Virus record (IMG/VR): IMGVR_UViG_3300033487_000001
Strand: one strand, 5' to 3'
From: an uncultured virus (IMG/VR IMGVR_UViG_3300033487_000001)
Lineage: Duplodnaviria; Heunggongvirae; Uroviricota; Caudoviricetes
Length of the DNA stretch: 64,000 bases
Shown here: in pieces, positions 50,781 through 62,043 of the stretch
Layout of the letters: each line of letters opens with the position of its first letter
Numbering within the stretch: position 1 is the first letter of the stretch
The notes under the pieces: model-generated
What the model saw: only the letters and a program-made list of their open reading frames with translations
Told to the model about the DNA's origin: nothing
Database searches by the model: none
Program-made: the position numbers and the translations under genes

Positions 50781-51397
50781 GGCCTATTCGACGGGCGTCG
50801 CTCCAGGGCATTCAAGATCACCTCGTTTTCCGGTCCCGTCCACTCGACTCCGCCGAGGTCACACATCAGCGTGGGCCCCGGGTAGTTGCCGCTGGCCACC
50901 AACACGCGCTTCTCGCGTCCCACGCCGTATCCGATCTCCACCAGCGTGCCGCGAACCTGCGGCGACAGCAGCGCCACGATGACATCGGCTCGGTCCATGT
51001 CGGCTTGGTTGCGGCGCGCGATCTCGTTGCATTCTTCCGGCTTGCGCCCCTCGGCCGGCGGCGGCTCGCAGTCGATCCACGACGACGTGACCTCGTATCC
51101 GGCCTCCTGCAGCATGGAGCGCAGGCTTTTGGCGCGGTCGCGCTCCAGCAGCGAGCACGCGATGTACACCTTCGTCGTGAGCACGATATCTTGGTACTGC
51201 TCGTACGCCTCATGCAGCGGCCAGTCCTGGTCGTTGTCGCGGCACCACAGCAGCAGGTCGACGAGTAGCGTCGCTACGTCGTAGGCGTCCGGGTCGACCC
51301 TGCTGCGAGGCCGATGCAGCATCAGGCATTCGCGCGCGCGCTGTACGCGGCGCGTGATGGCGTACCGGTTGTGCTTGGTCACTTGGTCGCTCTCCAT
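50777..51397 (-). CDS. Protein with C-terminal nucleoside 2-deoxyribosyltransferase-like domain
   Basis: 'KVYIACS...GYEVTSSWI...DMDRADVIV...GTLVEIGYGVG'. Confidence 0.7.
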   Translation of the reverse strand: MESDQVTKHNRYAITRRVQRARECLMLHRPRSRVDPDAYDVATLLVDLLLWCRDNDQDWPLHEAYEQYQDIVLTTKVYIACSLLERDRAKSLRSMLQEAGYEVTSSWIDCEPPPAEGRKPEECNEIARRNQADMDRADVIVALLSPQVRGTLVEIGYGVGREKRVLVASGNYPGPTLMCDLGGVEWTGPENEVILNALERRPSNRP

Positions 51398-51895
51398 GTC
51401 TCTTGTTGGTCGGCTAGCTTACCCAGGGCAGCGAGCTCCCCGCGGAACAGATCTTCGCCCTCAACGAGCAGGTCTCTCATATCACCGGCGTCGCATCCTT
51501 CGCACCACGCGTGCAGACTGGCGAGCAGGTCGACCAACAAGGCTGCGCGCGTAGGGTATGACGCCTTGGTGCTGCTTCTGAAAGCGTCGATCGCTGCTTT
51601 CGCGTCGATCGAACGACGCTCGGCTGCCGCTTGGATCGCCGACAGGCGATCGGATATGGGTACTCCGCATGATTTTGTCTGGTTCATGAAAGTCGAGTTT
51701 TGCACCGGTAGAACAAAGTGTCAATGTTCTACTTCGCTGGTCTCAGAAGGGGCCTTCTGTTTCCAAGCGAAAAAGAAAACGTTCAATGTCATGAAATGTA
51801 TGTGGATCTACTGAGCCGTTGGTGCCGCGTCCGCTCCGCCGTTGCCGCGTGGCGTCCGCGCCGCATTGCGGGCATACTCCTCAGTCGGAGGATTC

Positions 51896-52876
51896 GTGGG
51901 TACAGAAATCGTGGTGGCGGTCGAGGCCGCGGACCTATGCGCGGCGAGCGAACTGGCGCCGCTGGACACCAATCCAGCGGCGATCTACCTCGGCTCGCTC
52001 GGTTCCGAGGTGTCGCGCGACACCATGCTGGCCGCGCTGGCGCAGGCCGCGGCGTTCTTCTCGGGCACCGACTTGGCGCAGGTCGCCGACCGGAAGCGAT
52101 TCGTGTTCGCGTTTCCGTGGCACATGCTGCGATACCAGCACGTCCAGAAGCTGCGCGCGGACATGGGGGCGCGCTACGCCCCCGCCACGATCAACAAAAC
52201 GCTCGCTGCGGTGAAGCGGGTGGCGGTCGAGTGTCGCCGGCTGGGGACCATGAGCGCCGACGACGCGGCGGCGATTGGTCAGGACGTGCCGCCGGCGCGT
52301 GGCAGCCGGACGCACCGTGGACGCGCCCTGTCGGCGATCGAGGTGCAGTCGTTGCGCGAGGCGTGCGCTGCGAGCGCCGCCGGGGAGCGCAACCGGTTCC
52401 TGCTGGAGCTGTTGTTGGCCACGGGCATCCGCCGGGCCGAGGCCGCGTCACTCACGCTGGGGTCCCTGCGCGTGGATGCCAAAGAGCTGACCGTCATGGG
52501 CAAAGGCAACAAGCAGCGCATGGTGCCCATGAGCGGCTCGCTGTGCGACGCGCTGGCCAGGTGGCTGCAGACTCGCGGCACGACGCCTGGCCCGCTGCTC
52601 TGCAAGTCGACGACGTCGGGAACCCTGCTGCTCGGCAAGCGCATGACCGGCGGGGCCGTGTTTTCGTTGATGCGCCGTCTGGCGAGCCGGGCCGGCGTGG
52701 CGGGGCTGGGGCCGCACGATTTCCGCCGCACGTTCGCGTCGACGCTCATGGACAAAGGCGTTGATATCAAAACGGTTTCGCGCCTGCTTGGACACAGCTC
52801 GGTGACCACGACCGAGAAGTACGACCGCAGGCCAGAACGGGCGATGCGCGAGGCAGTTGAGAAGCTGGGGATGTAA
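51896..52876 (+). CDS. Tyrosine recombinase/integrase
   Basis: 'TGIRRAE', 'GKGNKQR', 'HDFRRT', 'LLGHSSVTTTEKY'; GGAGG SD before the GTG at 51896. Confidence 0.92.
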   Translation: MGTEIVVAVEAADLCAASELAPLDTNPAAIYLGSLGSEVSRDTMLAALAQAAAFFSGTDLAQVADRKRFVFAFPWHMLRYQHVQKLRADMGARYAPATINKTLAAVKRVAVECRRLGTMSADDAAAIGQDVPPARGSRTHRGRALSAIEVQSLREACAASAAGERNRFLLELLLATGIRRAEAASLTLGSLRVDAKELTVMGKGNKQRMVPMSGSLCDALARWLQTRGTTPGPLLCKSTTSGTLLLGKRMTGGAVFSLMRRLASRAGVAGLGPHDFRRTFASTLMDKGVDIKTVSRLLGHSSVTTTEKYDRRPERAMREAVEKLGM

Positions 52877-52912
52877 ACAGATGCATGAATCCATGGAAGG
52901 AGCGCGTGTGGC

Positions 52913-53770
52913 ATGCGGGTTCTGAATTACGGATTAGGCACAAACAGCACCGCGCTGGCCATCGAGGCCACGAACAGAGGTATCATATTCGACCTCATCG
53001 TCACCGCGGATACCGGCGACGAACGCGGTCACTCTTACTCGTTCGCGAAGATATTCGACAGATGGCTGACTGATCACGGTCAGCCGAGCATCACTTGGAC
53101 AAGGTGGGAACGGAAGGACGGAAGCTTTGTGCCGATATCACGCCTCAGTCTCCTGCGTGGCGAGCTGCCGTCGAAGGCGTATGGATTGTCCGGTTGCACC
53201 AGCAAGTGGAAGCAGCAGCCGGTAGACAAACTGCTTCGGAACCATCCGATGGTTCGAGAATGCGTAGACGGGGGTGGTCTGGTAGAGCGGTGGATCGGAT
53301 ACGACGCTGACGAGCCGTCGAGAGCCGAACGCATGCTGGCCAAAAACCCGCAACCCACACGCAGCAAGACCACGAGGAAGAAGGCGTCTGACGGCAGCGT
53401 CGAGAGCACCAAGCATGCGATCGTGATGCCGCATTGGCGGTGGATGTGTCCGCTAGTTGACTGGGATATGGGGAGGGACGAATGCGTTAACACCATCGTC
53501 TCTGCTGGACTGCCGCTGCCCGGCAAGTCGTCGTGCTTCATGTGTCCCTCGATGAAAAAGCATGAAATTTTGCAGATGGCGGCAGAGTGTCCGGACGAGA
53601 TGCGTCGCGCGCTGGAGATTGAGGACAGGGCGCGAGCCAGCGGAAACCTGACGACAGTGCGCGGTCTCGGCCGGTCATTCTCGTGGCGTGAGTTCTTGGA
53701 CGGGCAACCATCAGCCTGCGCCGCGCGCGAGGTGGTAGAGGAAGAGTGCGGCTGCTTCGACGGCGGCTAG
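52913..53770 (+). CDS. PAPS-reductase-like (adenine nucleotide alpha-hydrolase/PP-loop) protein
   Basis: 'NYGLGTNST', 'ADTGDE', 'CTSKWK', 'IGYDADE..R', 'KSSCFMCP'. Confidence 0.8.
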   Translation: MRVLNYGLGTNSTALAIEATNRGIIFDLIVTADTGDERGHSYSFAKIFDRWLTDHGQPSITWTRWERKDGSFVPISRLSLLRGELPSKAYGLSGCTSKWKQQPVDKLLRNHPMVRECVDGGGLVERWIGYDADEPSRAERMLAKNPQPTRSKTTRKKASDGSVESTKHAIVMPHWRWMCPLVDWDMGRDECVNTIVSAGLPLPGKSSCFMCPSMKKHEILQMAAECPDEMRRALEIEDRARASGNLTTVRGLGRSFSWREFLDGQPSACAAREVVEEECGCFDGG

Positions 53771-53955
53771 CTGACTGCGGGTTATACTGAACAGAAGTAC
53801 AGCGTATTGTGTTTCCTCGCATCCGCCTACATCAAAAAAACCTAACGTTTTCGACTGCTTGAAAAAATCGACTTCTCGGCCTTGCCATCCAACGGAGGAG
53901 GTCCAGATTGCTTGGTGTCGGTGGCCAGATGGGGCCTCGGCGGGAGGATACGACG

Positions 53956-56900
53956 ATGACGACCCAGGCGAACGCGGTGGCGGCTCTTGAAACTCTGGCC
54001 CAGGCACTGCGCGGTCTTCCTGGTGTGCAGGAAGCGCGCGTCTGGTCGAAGGTTCCTGGCAAAGAACGTCTGTATGTCGATCTCACCAAACACAACGGCG
54101 GTCGTGCGTGGAACGGTGGCGTCGGCCGCACCGCGGTGATTTCTGCCGCGGATCCGCGCATCGTGTGGGATAACGAATGGGCCGGCGCCGCGACACGCGA
54201 CCGCCACACCGATCTCGGCACAATCGACGGAATCAAGTCCGTGCGCGACTCGGTGTTCGCTGATTGGGCCGCGGCGCGTTGAGGGGCAGGCTGGCTGCGG
54301 TTCCGCGTGCGGGATCGCGACGAGCCTACCGCTCTACAGGAGTTGTACGACGATGACAACGATCAAGATCACCGAGGTTTCTGGCGCCGATCTGTACCAC
54401 CGCTACCCGACCCAGACGCGCCCGCAGGACGCGCTGGTGCAGCTGGACTGCCGCACGGGCGCGCTGACGGCCACGACCGATCCGGAGATCGGCGGCGCCG
54501 TGCCGGCGGCGCAGTACCACGGCCACGTGCAGTGCTGGCGTATTCCAGCGCTCAAGGCCCGCGCCGCGAACGCGCTGCTCGCCGAGATCGAACCGCTCGC
54601 GCAGCGTGCATGCGACGGATACCAAAGCGTGTGGGACGGCAGCAACCACGTTGCAGTTTTCTCCACAGATGCGGGAGACGCGTGCGACGAGATCGAGCGC
54701 CTGTGCGACCGCGCCGACGATCCGACCGACGCGTTGGTCGTGTGGGACGCGGCGATGTGGTACAGCGGGATCGGCTCGCGGGATCGGCAGCGGATGTCGC
54801 TCGGGATCACGGCGGCGACCACGGACACCCAGCTGGCGGAGATCACGGCGCATGAGACGGCTGCGGCCGAGGCAGAGACGGACGGCGTCGAGGGGCTCGT
54901 CGACTATCTCGCGGGGCTCCGCGACGAGGCCCTGGACGCGCTGGTCGCCGAGGTGGAGTCGGCGAGCGCGTACGAGGCGGATGCCGACGTGCGGCGCCAC
55001 GTGGTCGCGCAACTCGCGTCGGGCGCGGCGGTCGACGCGGCGGCCCTCGCGGCGTCGTACGACGCGTGGTGCGAGAGTTGATGGCGGGGTGCCTAGAATA
55101 AACCATCGGCACCCATCGTATCTGCACGCATAGGCTGACGACGAAACACGGGAGAGCGACATGAACGAATTGGTTGGACGGTTGGTGACCGCGATGTTCC
55201 AGGACATGCCCAGCGATCCGGAGACGCTGCGTTTTTGCACGGACGAAGGAGACATGGCTTTTGACACAACGTCCGAATGTTGTTCGCGCTCTTGGTTCTC
55301 TCATATCGACGGGATCGACGCGCTGCTCGGTCACCGTGTCACCTCCGTTGAAGATCGCGGCGTGCACGAGGACAAAGAAGACGACACGGACTACTGTGTG
55401 CAGGTGTACGGGTACATGATCACCACCGACGCCGGCCGGACGCTGATCGAGTTCAGGAACGCCAGCAACGGATACTATGGAGGAGACTGTGTGCGTCGCG
55501 ACCACATGGCGGTCGATTGCACCGTGCCGTTGACGGAAGACTTCTGACCCCCATTACCACGGCGCTAACCGCGCCCGGAGATGACGATGATTTTCACGGC
55601 AACGTTCGGCGAGTGCGACGTATCAATGGAAGTGGACGATGAGACCGGCGAGGCCAGCGTGATCCTCGAACACCCGGCGTACGAGACGCCAGACGGATCG
55701 GTCGAGGCGTCGTGCGAGGTTGTCTCGGACGCGCGCATCGCACATGCGCTCGCCGCATTCACGGGGCGTCCGTACCGGATGTCGATCTCCGGTTGGAACG
55801 GCTGCCGCGCCGAACGAGAGACGCATTGTGGATCCCACGCTGCGTTCTATCCGGTCGACCGATAGGGGAGGTTAGCCGCATGGACGAAGCAACGGTCAGC
55901 AGGTATAGTGTTCCGCCGTTCTCCAGGATTCCTGAGCGTTTACGAGGCAAGAGCGAGACCGATGAGTCGTGCTGCATATGCGGGCGCACGGTCGCGCAGC
56001 CGGTGCGTCATGTGGCGATCGTGGTGAACGGGGGCCACGACTGGGGGGACGAAACCAGCGAAGAGAACGCAGGGCACATGGGCTGCTTTCCGGTCGGTCC
56101 AGATTGTCACCGCAGGTTCGCGCTTGATGCCACGTCGGGTGACAGGTGAGCCAGCAGCCGCGCGAGCGACGCACCGGCCTGTACTCGTTTCAGGGAAACT
56201 GGGAGCGTCTGTGCGAGTGCGGCCATGCCCTTGGCCTGCACACGGCGCAGGCGCCGCACGAGTGCATGGCGGGCGATGCGACGCAGATCGCCCCGGAAAA
56301 GTATCCGGTCGATCTCGGTGAATGCGACTGCGTCCGGTTCCGTCCTAAGCACGGGAAGAAGTCGGGCGGTAGATAGGCGTAGTGACCCAAACAGGAGACT
56401 TGAGATGATCATCCAGCCGTATCCTCCGGCGTGCTACATCGTGTTCAAGTGCGTGCTCGACGACGCCGACGACTGTTGCAGCGACGTTGTCGCGGTGGTC
56501 TCCGTGAGCGAATCATTCGCCCCGGCCACCGCTGCATTGGTCGCGCGCCGACGCCTAGTGTCGGCGGTGTCGTCTGGCGAGTTCGAGCCGTGGCAGCTGA
56601 AGCCGGACGGGCGCGTCGAATGGGACGGCGACACCGCGTACGTGACGCATGCGTGCGACTGCGGCGCGGACGACTGCGATAGCGGCGACCACGAAGGTTC
56701 GTGCGAGACGTTTTGGATTGGCTTGGTGACGGAGGAGTGCGACGGCGTACAGGCAGCCAAGCTGGTCGAGGATGGCGCGTTCTGGATTAAGTCGTAGCGC
56801 TCCCACCGCGGGCAGGAGATCACCATGGGCGACGAGGCGACGTGGATTGCGTGGGTGATGTTGACGCAGCCTTCTGGTGGCCATGGCATGTCCGCCATGA

Positions 56901-58624
56901 ACGCAGCGCGCATGGCGTTTGGCGCGAAAGACGACGGCTGCTTGCCGCATGACCGAGGGGACCTTCTACGGTGCCGCAGGCTGGCGAGCACGGCGCCGGA
57001 GCGCGTTCGCGAGCACATGTCGAACACGATCGACGGCTGGGAGAGAAAGCTGGTGTCCGCGCACACCGAGCAAGCGATCGAGCTGATCAAGGCGTGCGCG
57101 CGCGAGACGCACCGTCCGTCGACGCTGTCCAACGAGCTGCAAAGATGGTTGGCCTTCTATGGCATCGGCACCTAGCCACGGCGGCGCATCGGTACGAGCG
57201 CAAGCGTGCAGATAAACAGGAGATGAACCATGACGACACATAGTGAACGTACTGCGGCCGACATCGTGGACGGCCTCACGAACGCAGAGGCCATCGCCGT
57301 GATCTCGTCCAGGCTGACGAAGCTCGTGGCGGCGCTGGCGGCGTGCGGCGCGCGGATCGACGAGATCGGCGAGAAGCGCAACACGTATGCGGCATCGGCG
57401 GAAGAGATGACGGAGATGAGCTGGCTGATCAGCCGCCGCGGTGGCATGAAGAGCGAGATCAAAGAGCTTCGGCACGAGCTGGATCGGCTCACGAGCATCG
57501 CTAGCGACGCCGCGTCGCGGGATCGCGAGATTGCGCTGACCGAGCTGTGGGTCGAGACCGCTGCCGCCGCTGAGATTCTAGAAAAACTGAGCCAAACACA
57601 ACGGCTAGACCAATACGACGCCGCTCGCGTGGATGAATGGCTGGCGGCGCGCGGCGCGCGCATTCGCCGCTCAGGAGTATATCGATGAGCCCGGCAATTT
57701 CTCGTCTGTTGGCCGCCAAGCAGGACTTGGCGATGCTGGCCACGGTGTACGCCGACACGGCCAGCGAGTATACCAGCGACGATCCGCGTCGCGTCGCGGC
57801 GCTGGAGGCGCTGATGGAGGCGGCGCTGTGCTTCTCAAAGCGCCGGTGCGCAGTGTTCGTCGAGCGGCACCTCTCCGGCGTGCGCGACGAGGTTGCGGAG
57901 AGCCGCACGCAGTTCGACGCGTATGGAGACCCGGACGGCGATGAGTAGTCTGCGCGAGCTGGCCGGCGACGCAGAGACGTGTCGATTCGGCGGTTACGAG
58001 TTCCGCGCAGAAGGCGTAGGGCTCGGATACGTACACACGCTATCATGTGGCGCGCGCATCTCTCTGCGCGACTGCTGGATTCGCGGCGAATGGTGCGTTG
58101 ACGCCGGTGTATTTGATGCGGACGGTAACCGGTTGCATCGTGATATTTGGTTCTACCAATGGCGTGAGCGTAGCCTGGACAAGCGAGCCGCCTTGTTGAT
58201 TCGTGCGACGATGCGTTATGCATCCGTAGGCAGCGATCTGCTGAGCGTCGCGTCGAACGAACTGGACAGGCCATGCGAGCCGGACGTCTATCCAAAGATG
58301 CCCATGACATGGGCGGTGAGGTTTGGCGCTGATCCGCTATGGCTTCAGCGCGCGTGGGAAGAGTGTCGACACGTTCCGACGATGCTGGATGCGTGGTCGG
58401 GTCTAGGTATGAGCCCTAGGCCGCGAGACATACATGTGACGTCGTCTCGCCCCGGCTCGCTAAGCGAGCTGTGCGAGTGCCGGGTGATGTTGCCGGGATC
58501 AAAGCGATTCGTGCGAGTGTCCCCCCGCGCTCTCCGGGCGGCGCTGCCGCCCATGCCGACAGCCGAAGAGATCCTGGCGAATCGCGCCCGCTACGAAGCC
58601 GGAAAGTCTACGCCTTGCCCGTGA
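53956..58624 (+). other. Run of small plus-strand hypothetical genes, probably early/accessory (53956-54282, 54353-55081, 55161-55547, 55581-55865, 56146-56376, 56825-57175, 57230-57688, 57941-58624 and others)
   Basis: Most have SD sequences; the run follows an AT-rich intergenic region at about 53770-53950. Confidence 0.6.
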
Positions 58625-58962
58625 GGCTATACACGTCCACGCTGGCCTACGACGCCGACGACCGGCTGGACGTGTCACGGTACGGCGGCCACGCCATCGG
58701 CGTGGCCTTCGCGCCGTCGTTGGAACTACTGTGGTGGATCAAGCGACGTCGCGCGACGCGTGATCTGCTCGCGGAGTACATGGATCGCTACCGAGCCGAG
58801 ATGCGCACCTCGCAGCGCGAGCGGCCGGAGGCATGGGCGAGCGTACTGGCTTGCGACGAGGTCACGTGTTGCTGCTACTGCGTGAACGCGTCGGCGTGCC
58901 ACCGCGCCGCGCTGGCTGAGATGCTGGTGGCGATGGGCGCGGAATACAGAGGCGAGAGGTGA
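58621..58962 (+). CDS. DUF488-like protein
   Basis: 'FAPSLELL', 'YMDRYRAEMR', 'VTCCCYC...CHRAALAE'. Confidence 0.65.
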   Translation: MRLYTSTLAYDADDRLDVSRYGGHAIGVAFAPSLELLWWIKRRRATRDLLAEYMDRYRAEMRTSQRERPEAWASVLACDEVTCCCYCVNASACHRAALAEMLVAMGAEYRGER

Positions 58963-59436
58963 TACATGACCCCGGAACAGCAACTGCAGCTGATGATAGA
59001 CCGATACCAGCTAGTCATGCATCGCGCCGAGGACGCTGCAGGCAGGAAAATATATGCGTGCCTAGCGTACAACCACAACCATCGGCCAGAACCGGGTGAG
59101 GAGACTCCGCCCGGCAGACTGTTCGATGCGGCAATGAACGACGTACGGACGGCTAAACGCATGGTAATGTCCCTGCGTGCCCAGGCGCTTCCACTGTCGC
59201 TTGGCGCCATTGCCATAAAAGACGCATGGCGAGAGGTTCGGTCGCGATTCACCCCCGCCGAACTAGGCCGGCTGGACGATCTGACCGAGGACACGCGGGT
59301 ATCTATACAACCAAACGGCGGAACTCCTGCGCCGCGCGGAGCACCCAGACGCTCGCGCCGGAAGGGTCGGCAGATCGCGCGTGGGGCACTATGAGCCCGA
59401 CGCGATGATTGCCGCTTAGGCGATCGGAACGACAAG

Positions 59437-59465
59437 TTGCGCCATGTGGATTGGCGCCGTATGAT
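59437..59465 (+). promoter_or_regulatory. Sigma70-like promoter upstream of the KGG gene
   Basis: TTGCGC, 17 nt, TATGAT. Confidence 0.45.
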
Positions 59466-59518
59466 CCACCTGTCGAGGTCATCGACGAGCCGCGATGCGG
59501 CTACACGAAAGGCACATC

Positions 59519-59767
59519 ATGAGCGACGAAAACGAAAGCACGCAGCCTGCTGTCACGAAGCCGAAGCAAAACCGCGGGTTCCGGGCGATGTCCCCGGAAA
59601 AGCAGCGCGAGATTGCGTCGAAGGGCGGCAAGGCCAGCCACGTGAAGGGTACCGGTCATACGTGGACCTCTGCCGAAGCGATCGAGGCTGGACGCAAGGG
59701 TGGGAGGGCCGCGCGCGGTAAGCGCAAGCTGGCGAGCGGAACAGCCGAGCCGGCGTCCGGAGAGTAG
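59519..59767 (+). CDS. KGG-repeat stress-induced protein (YciG/GsiB-like)
   Basis: 'RGFRAMSPEKQREIASKGGKASH...EAIEAGRKGG'. Confidence 0.88.
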   Translation: MSDENESTQPAVTKPKQNRGFRAMSPEKQREIASKGGKASHVKGTGHTWTSAEAIEAGRKGGRAARGKRKLASGTAEPASGE

Positions 59768-59771
59768 AGAT

Positions 59772-59802
59772 GCGAATCCGCTGCGGATAACAGCGGATTC
59801 GC
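59772..59802. terminator. Perfect 12-bp hairpin between convergent genes
   Basis: GCGAATCCGCTG / CAGCGGATTCGC. Confidence 0.6.
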
Positions 59803-59828
59803 CCCGTCGAACACTGATCTCGACTAGA

Positions 59829-60029
59829 TCAGTCGAGGATCTGCCACGAACGCACGCCGCCGGTCGTGATCAGCTGGTACGTCTTGCCGTTGTCGTCAGC
59901 CTGAGCCAGCGATCCGATCTTCTGCGAGTTCATCGCAGCCGCTCCCTGCCCAGTGATGTCGGCCGCCAGCGTGTACAGCGACACGCCGCTTCCGTTGCCC
60001 GTCGAGTCCGTGTTTCCGCGCCAAGCCAT
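59829..60029 (-). CDS. Small hypothetical protein
   Basis: GGGAG SD; begins MAWRGNTDSTGNGSG. Confidence 0.55.
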   Translation of the reverse strand: MAWRGNTDSTGNGSGVSLYTLAADITGQGAAAMNSQKIGSLAQADDNGKTYQLITTGGVRSWQILD

Positions 60030-60096
60030 TTGAGTGCTCCCGTGTGGTTTGCCGACGCTTGTGCGTGGCTTTCTTGGACATGATACCATGTCTTAC

Positions 60097-60744
60097 ATGC
60101 GCGCAACATTCATGGTCTTCGCGGAAGAGGCGTCGGTTATCGGCGCCTTCGCGCCGGTGTACGCCAGCATCGTTACGGCGTGGAACGCGGCGGCGGCTCC
60201 TCCGGCGATGAGATGGGTTGGCGATTCCCCCAGGGTAACTAGGGTTTATGACGTTCTGTTGGGGACCAGGACGCGCGTGGCGCAGCCCATCAAGGTGGAC
60301 GACCCGTCGCTGTCCGAGGACGAAGCTGCGCAGATCATCGCCCAGCACGTGCACAGTCAGCTTGCTGCGCTATCGCTCGTGCCAGGGGCATGGCATCCGA
60401 CGCGGGTGATTATGTATAACCCGGCCATAAACGGTCCTATGTCGTTTTGGCAGAGCGGAGACGCCGCGCGGACGCGTACCTTCGACACGCCGCCGGGTCC
60501 CACCAACGCGCTGGACACGCCAGAGAATCCGGTTGGGCCAAACGACCAGCGCCTCCGCCCCATGACGCCCGGAGAGTCGCTGGACGACTTCCTGCGCAGG
60601 AATACGGGTATCGGCACTCCACCGTGGCTGTGGATTGCGCTGGCCGCAGCAGGCCTGTGGTACTTCGGTGGTTTCGTGAAGAGTGCGGGGAATCTGCTGG
60701 AGTCGGCGACGGAGCCGACTCCGAGGAAGCCGAAGAAGGCTTAG
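60097..60744 (+). CDS. Protein with C-terminal TM anchor
   Basis: 'WLWIALAAAGLWYFGG'; TGATACCAT box upstream. Confidence 0.65.
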   Translation: MRATFMVFAEEASVIGAFAPVYASIVTAWNAAAAPPAMRWVGDSPRVTRVYDVLLGTRTRVAQPIKVDDPSLSEDEAAQIIAQHVHSQLAALSLVPGAWHPTRVIMYNPAINGPMSFWQSGDAARTRTFDTPPGPTNALDTPENPVGPNDQRLRPMTPGESLDDFLRRNTGIGTPPWLWIALAAAGLWYFGGFVKSAGNLLESATEPTPRKPKKA

Positions 60745-61292
60745 CGGCGCTTCTTGTGCGGCATCGCGAAGTGCATGACGACGGCGCCGACAGCGGCGCC
60801 GATCACCACGGACTTGAGGTCGAGGCCCATCGGCATCGTAGTCGCGCCGGCCGGCTTCGTCTGTACGTGTCGCGCACGGTTCTCCACGATCTTCGCCTGC
60901 GCCGGCATCGAGTAGGCCGCCGCGTCTCCGGGAGCACGCCCGAGACGGTACATGCAGTGCGCGTAGATCGCATCTGCGATGCCGTTGTTTAGCCCACGTG
61001 TGATCCAGAACGAATTCACGCGCTCGCGCGCCGCCAGCTGCCGAATCGCGTCGGCGTAAGCCAAGCCGATCGCCGTCAGCACCTGTGCCCGGTCCGCCTG
61101 ATACAGGTTGACGTACTGTTCGCAGGTCTGGTTCAGGCGACGCAGCCAGAAGTCATATTCCGGCCCGTACGCCGGCACGCGGGTGAGCGTGTCGAGCGTC
61201 AGGGTGACGCCGCGGGGTGCTCTGGCAATGTCTCCAGGTGCCCAGCGGGGCACCACCGCGGGAACACGATGCACGTACTGAAAGCTGGCCAT
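60741..61292 (-). CDS. Protein with C-terminal TM anchor
   Basis: 'LDLKSVVIGAAVGAVVMHFAMPHKKRR'. Confidence 0.65.
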   Translation of the reverse strand: MASFQYVHRVPAVVPRWAPGDIARAPRGVTLTLDTLTRVPAYGPEYDFWLRRLNQTCEQYVNLYQADRAQVLTAIGLAYADAIRQLAARERVNSFWITRGLNNGIADAIYAHCMYRLGRAPGDAAAYSMPAQAKIVENRARHVQTKPAGATTMPMGLDLKSVVIGAAVGAVVMHFAMPHKKRR

Positions 61293-61299
61293 CGGCGTT

Positions 61300-61470
61300 T
61301 TACCTTTGCGAGAATCTGTTCCACAGCGCCATCGCCGCGGCGCCCATCGCCACGCCGACGACCACGGACTTCACGTCGACGCCGCCCGATCCCGTGCTCG
61401 TGTCGGGGCGCGCTCGTGGCGTCGGCTGAGTGATCTGCGGCGTGTATTGGAGGATGAGCGGGGTCGACAC
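61300..61470 (-). CDS. 56-aa C-terminally anchored protein (absent from the ORF track)
   Basis: GTG directly after the upstream TAG; VSTPLILQY...GGVDVKSVVVGVAMGAAAMALWNRFSQR. Confidence 0.6.
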   Translation of the reverse strand: MSTPLILQYTPQITQPTPRARPDTSTGSGGVDVKSVVVGVAMGAAAMALWNRFSQR

Positions 61471-62043
61471 CTAGTACGCCCCCATCGACGCCAAGTGGTC
61501 CTCCCAGAGGATGCCTTGGTCCTTGCGTCCGCCGAGCGGTGACTTGGTGTTGGCGCGGAAGCCGTGGATGTACGCCATCGCAGACTGCGGCGTGCGGCGC
61601 CGTCCAGTGGCCGTGCGATCACCGTGGTACGGCTTCCCGGCACGCTTCGCGGCAGCGGCCTTTCGCGCGATCTTTTGTGCCGAAGCGAGACGGGCGAAGT
61701 TTTCAACCTTGAGCTTGCGACCTGACGGGAACACGTGCGGGTTCTTCTTGCGCTTCTTCTTCGCCCCGCTGGCGCCGGTGCGCTTCGGGTTCCACCGCAC
61801 GTCTCCGTGCTTCGCGCCGGTCGCCTCGCGCACCTTGGCGATGACGGCCATGCGCGCGGACCCGGCCGGCGTGACCTTGCCGTCAAGTTCGACGTGTCGA
61901 CGCTTTCTGGCCTTGATCTGCGCGAGCTTCTTCGCGCCGGCCTTCTTGGCGGCACGGAAGACGGAGCGAGCCGTCTTCTTCAGCTCGGAGAATTTCGGGT
62001 TGCGCGAACGCTTGGGCTTGCGGGCGTATTTTCGACGTGCCAT
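61471..62043 (-). CDS. Highly basic Lys/Arg-rich protein with xxNP motifs (candidate DNA-condensing/core protein)
   Basis: 'MARRKYARKPKRSRNP', 'VRWNP', 'KKKRKKNP'; TGGTACCAT-N6-ATG upstream. Confidence 0.7.
   Translation of the reverse strand: MARRKYARKPKRSRNPKFSELKKTARSVFRAAKKAGAKKLAQIKARKRRHVELDGKVTPAGSARMAVIAKVREATGAKHGDVRWNPKRTGASGAKKKRKKNPHVFPSGRKLKVENFARLASAQKIARKAAAAKRAGKPYHGDRTATGRRRTPQSAMAYIHGFRANTKSPLGGRKDQGILWEDHLASMGAY

Noticed and set aside
54286..54330. Intergenic hairpin (GCGGTTCCGC/GCGGGATCGC) as a possible ncRNA
   Set aside because: A single GC-rich stem with several G-U pairs, no second copy and no recognisable family; insufficient support
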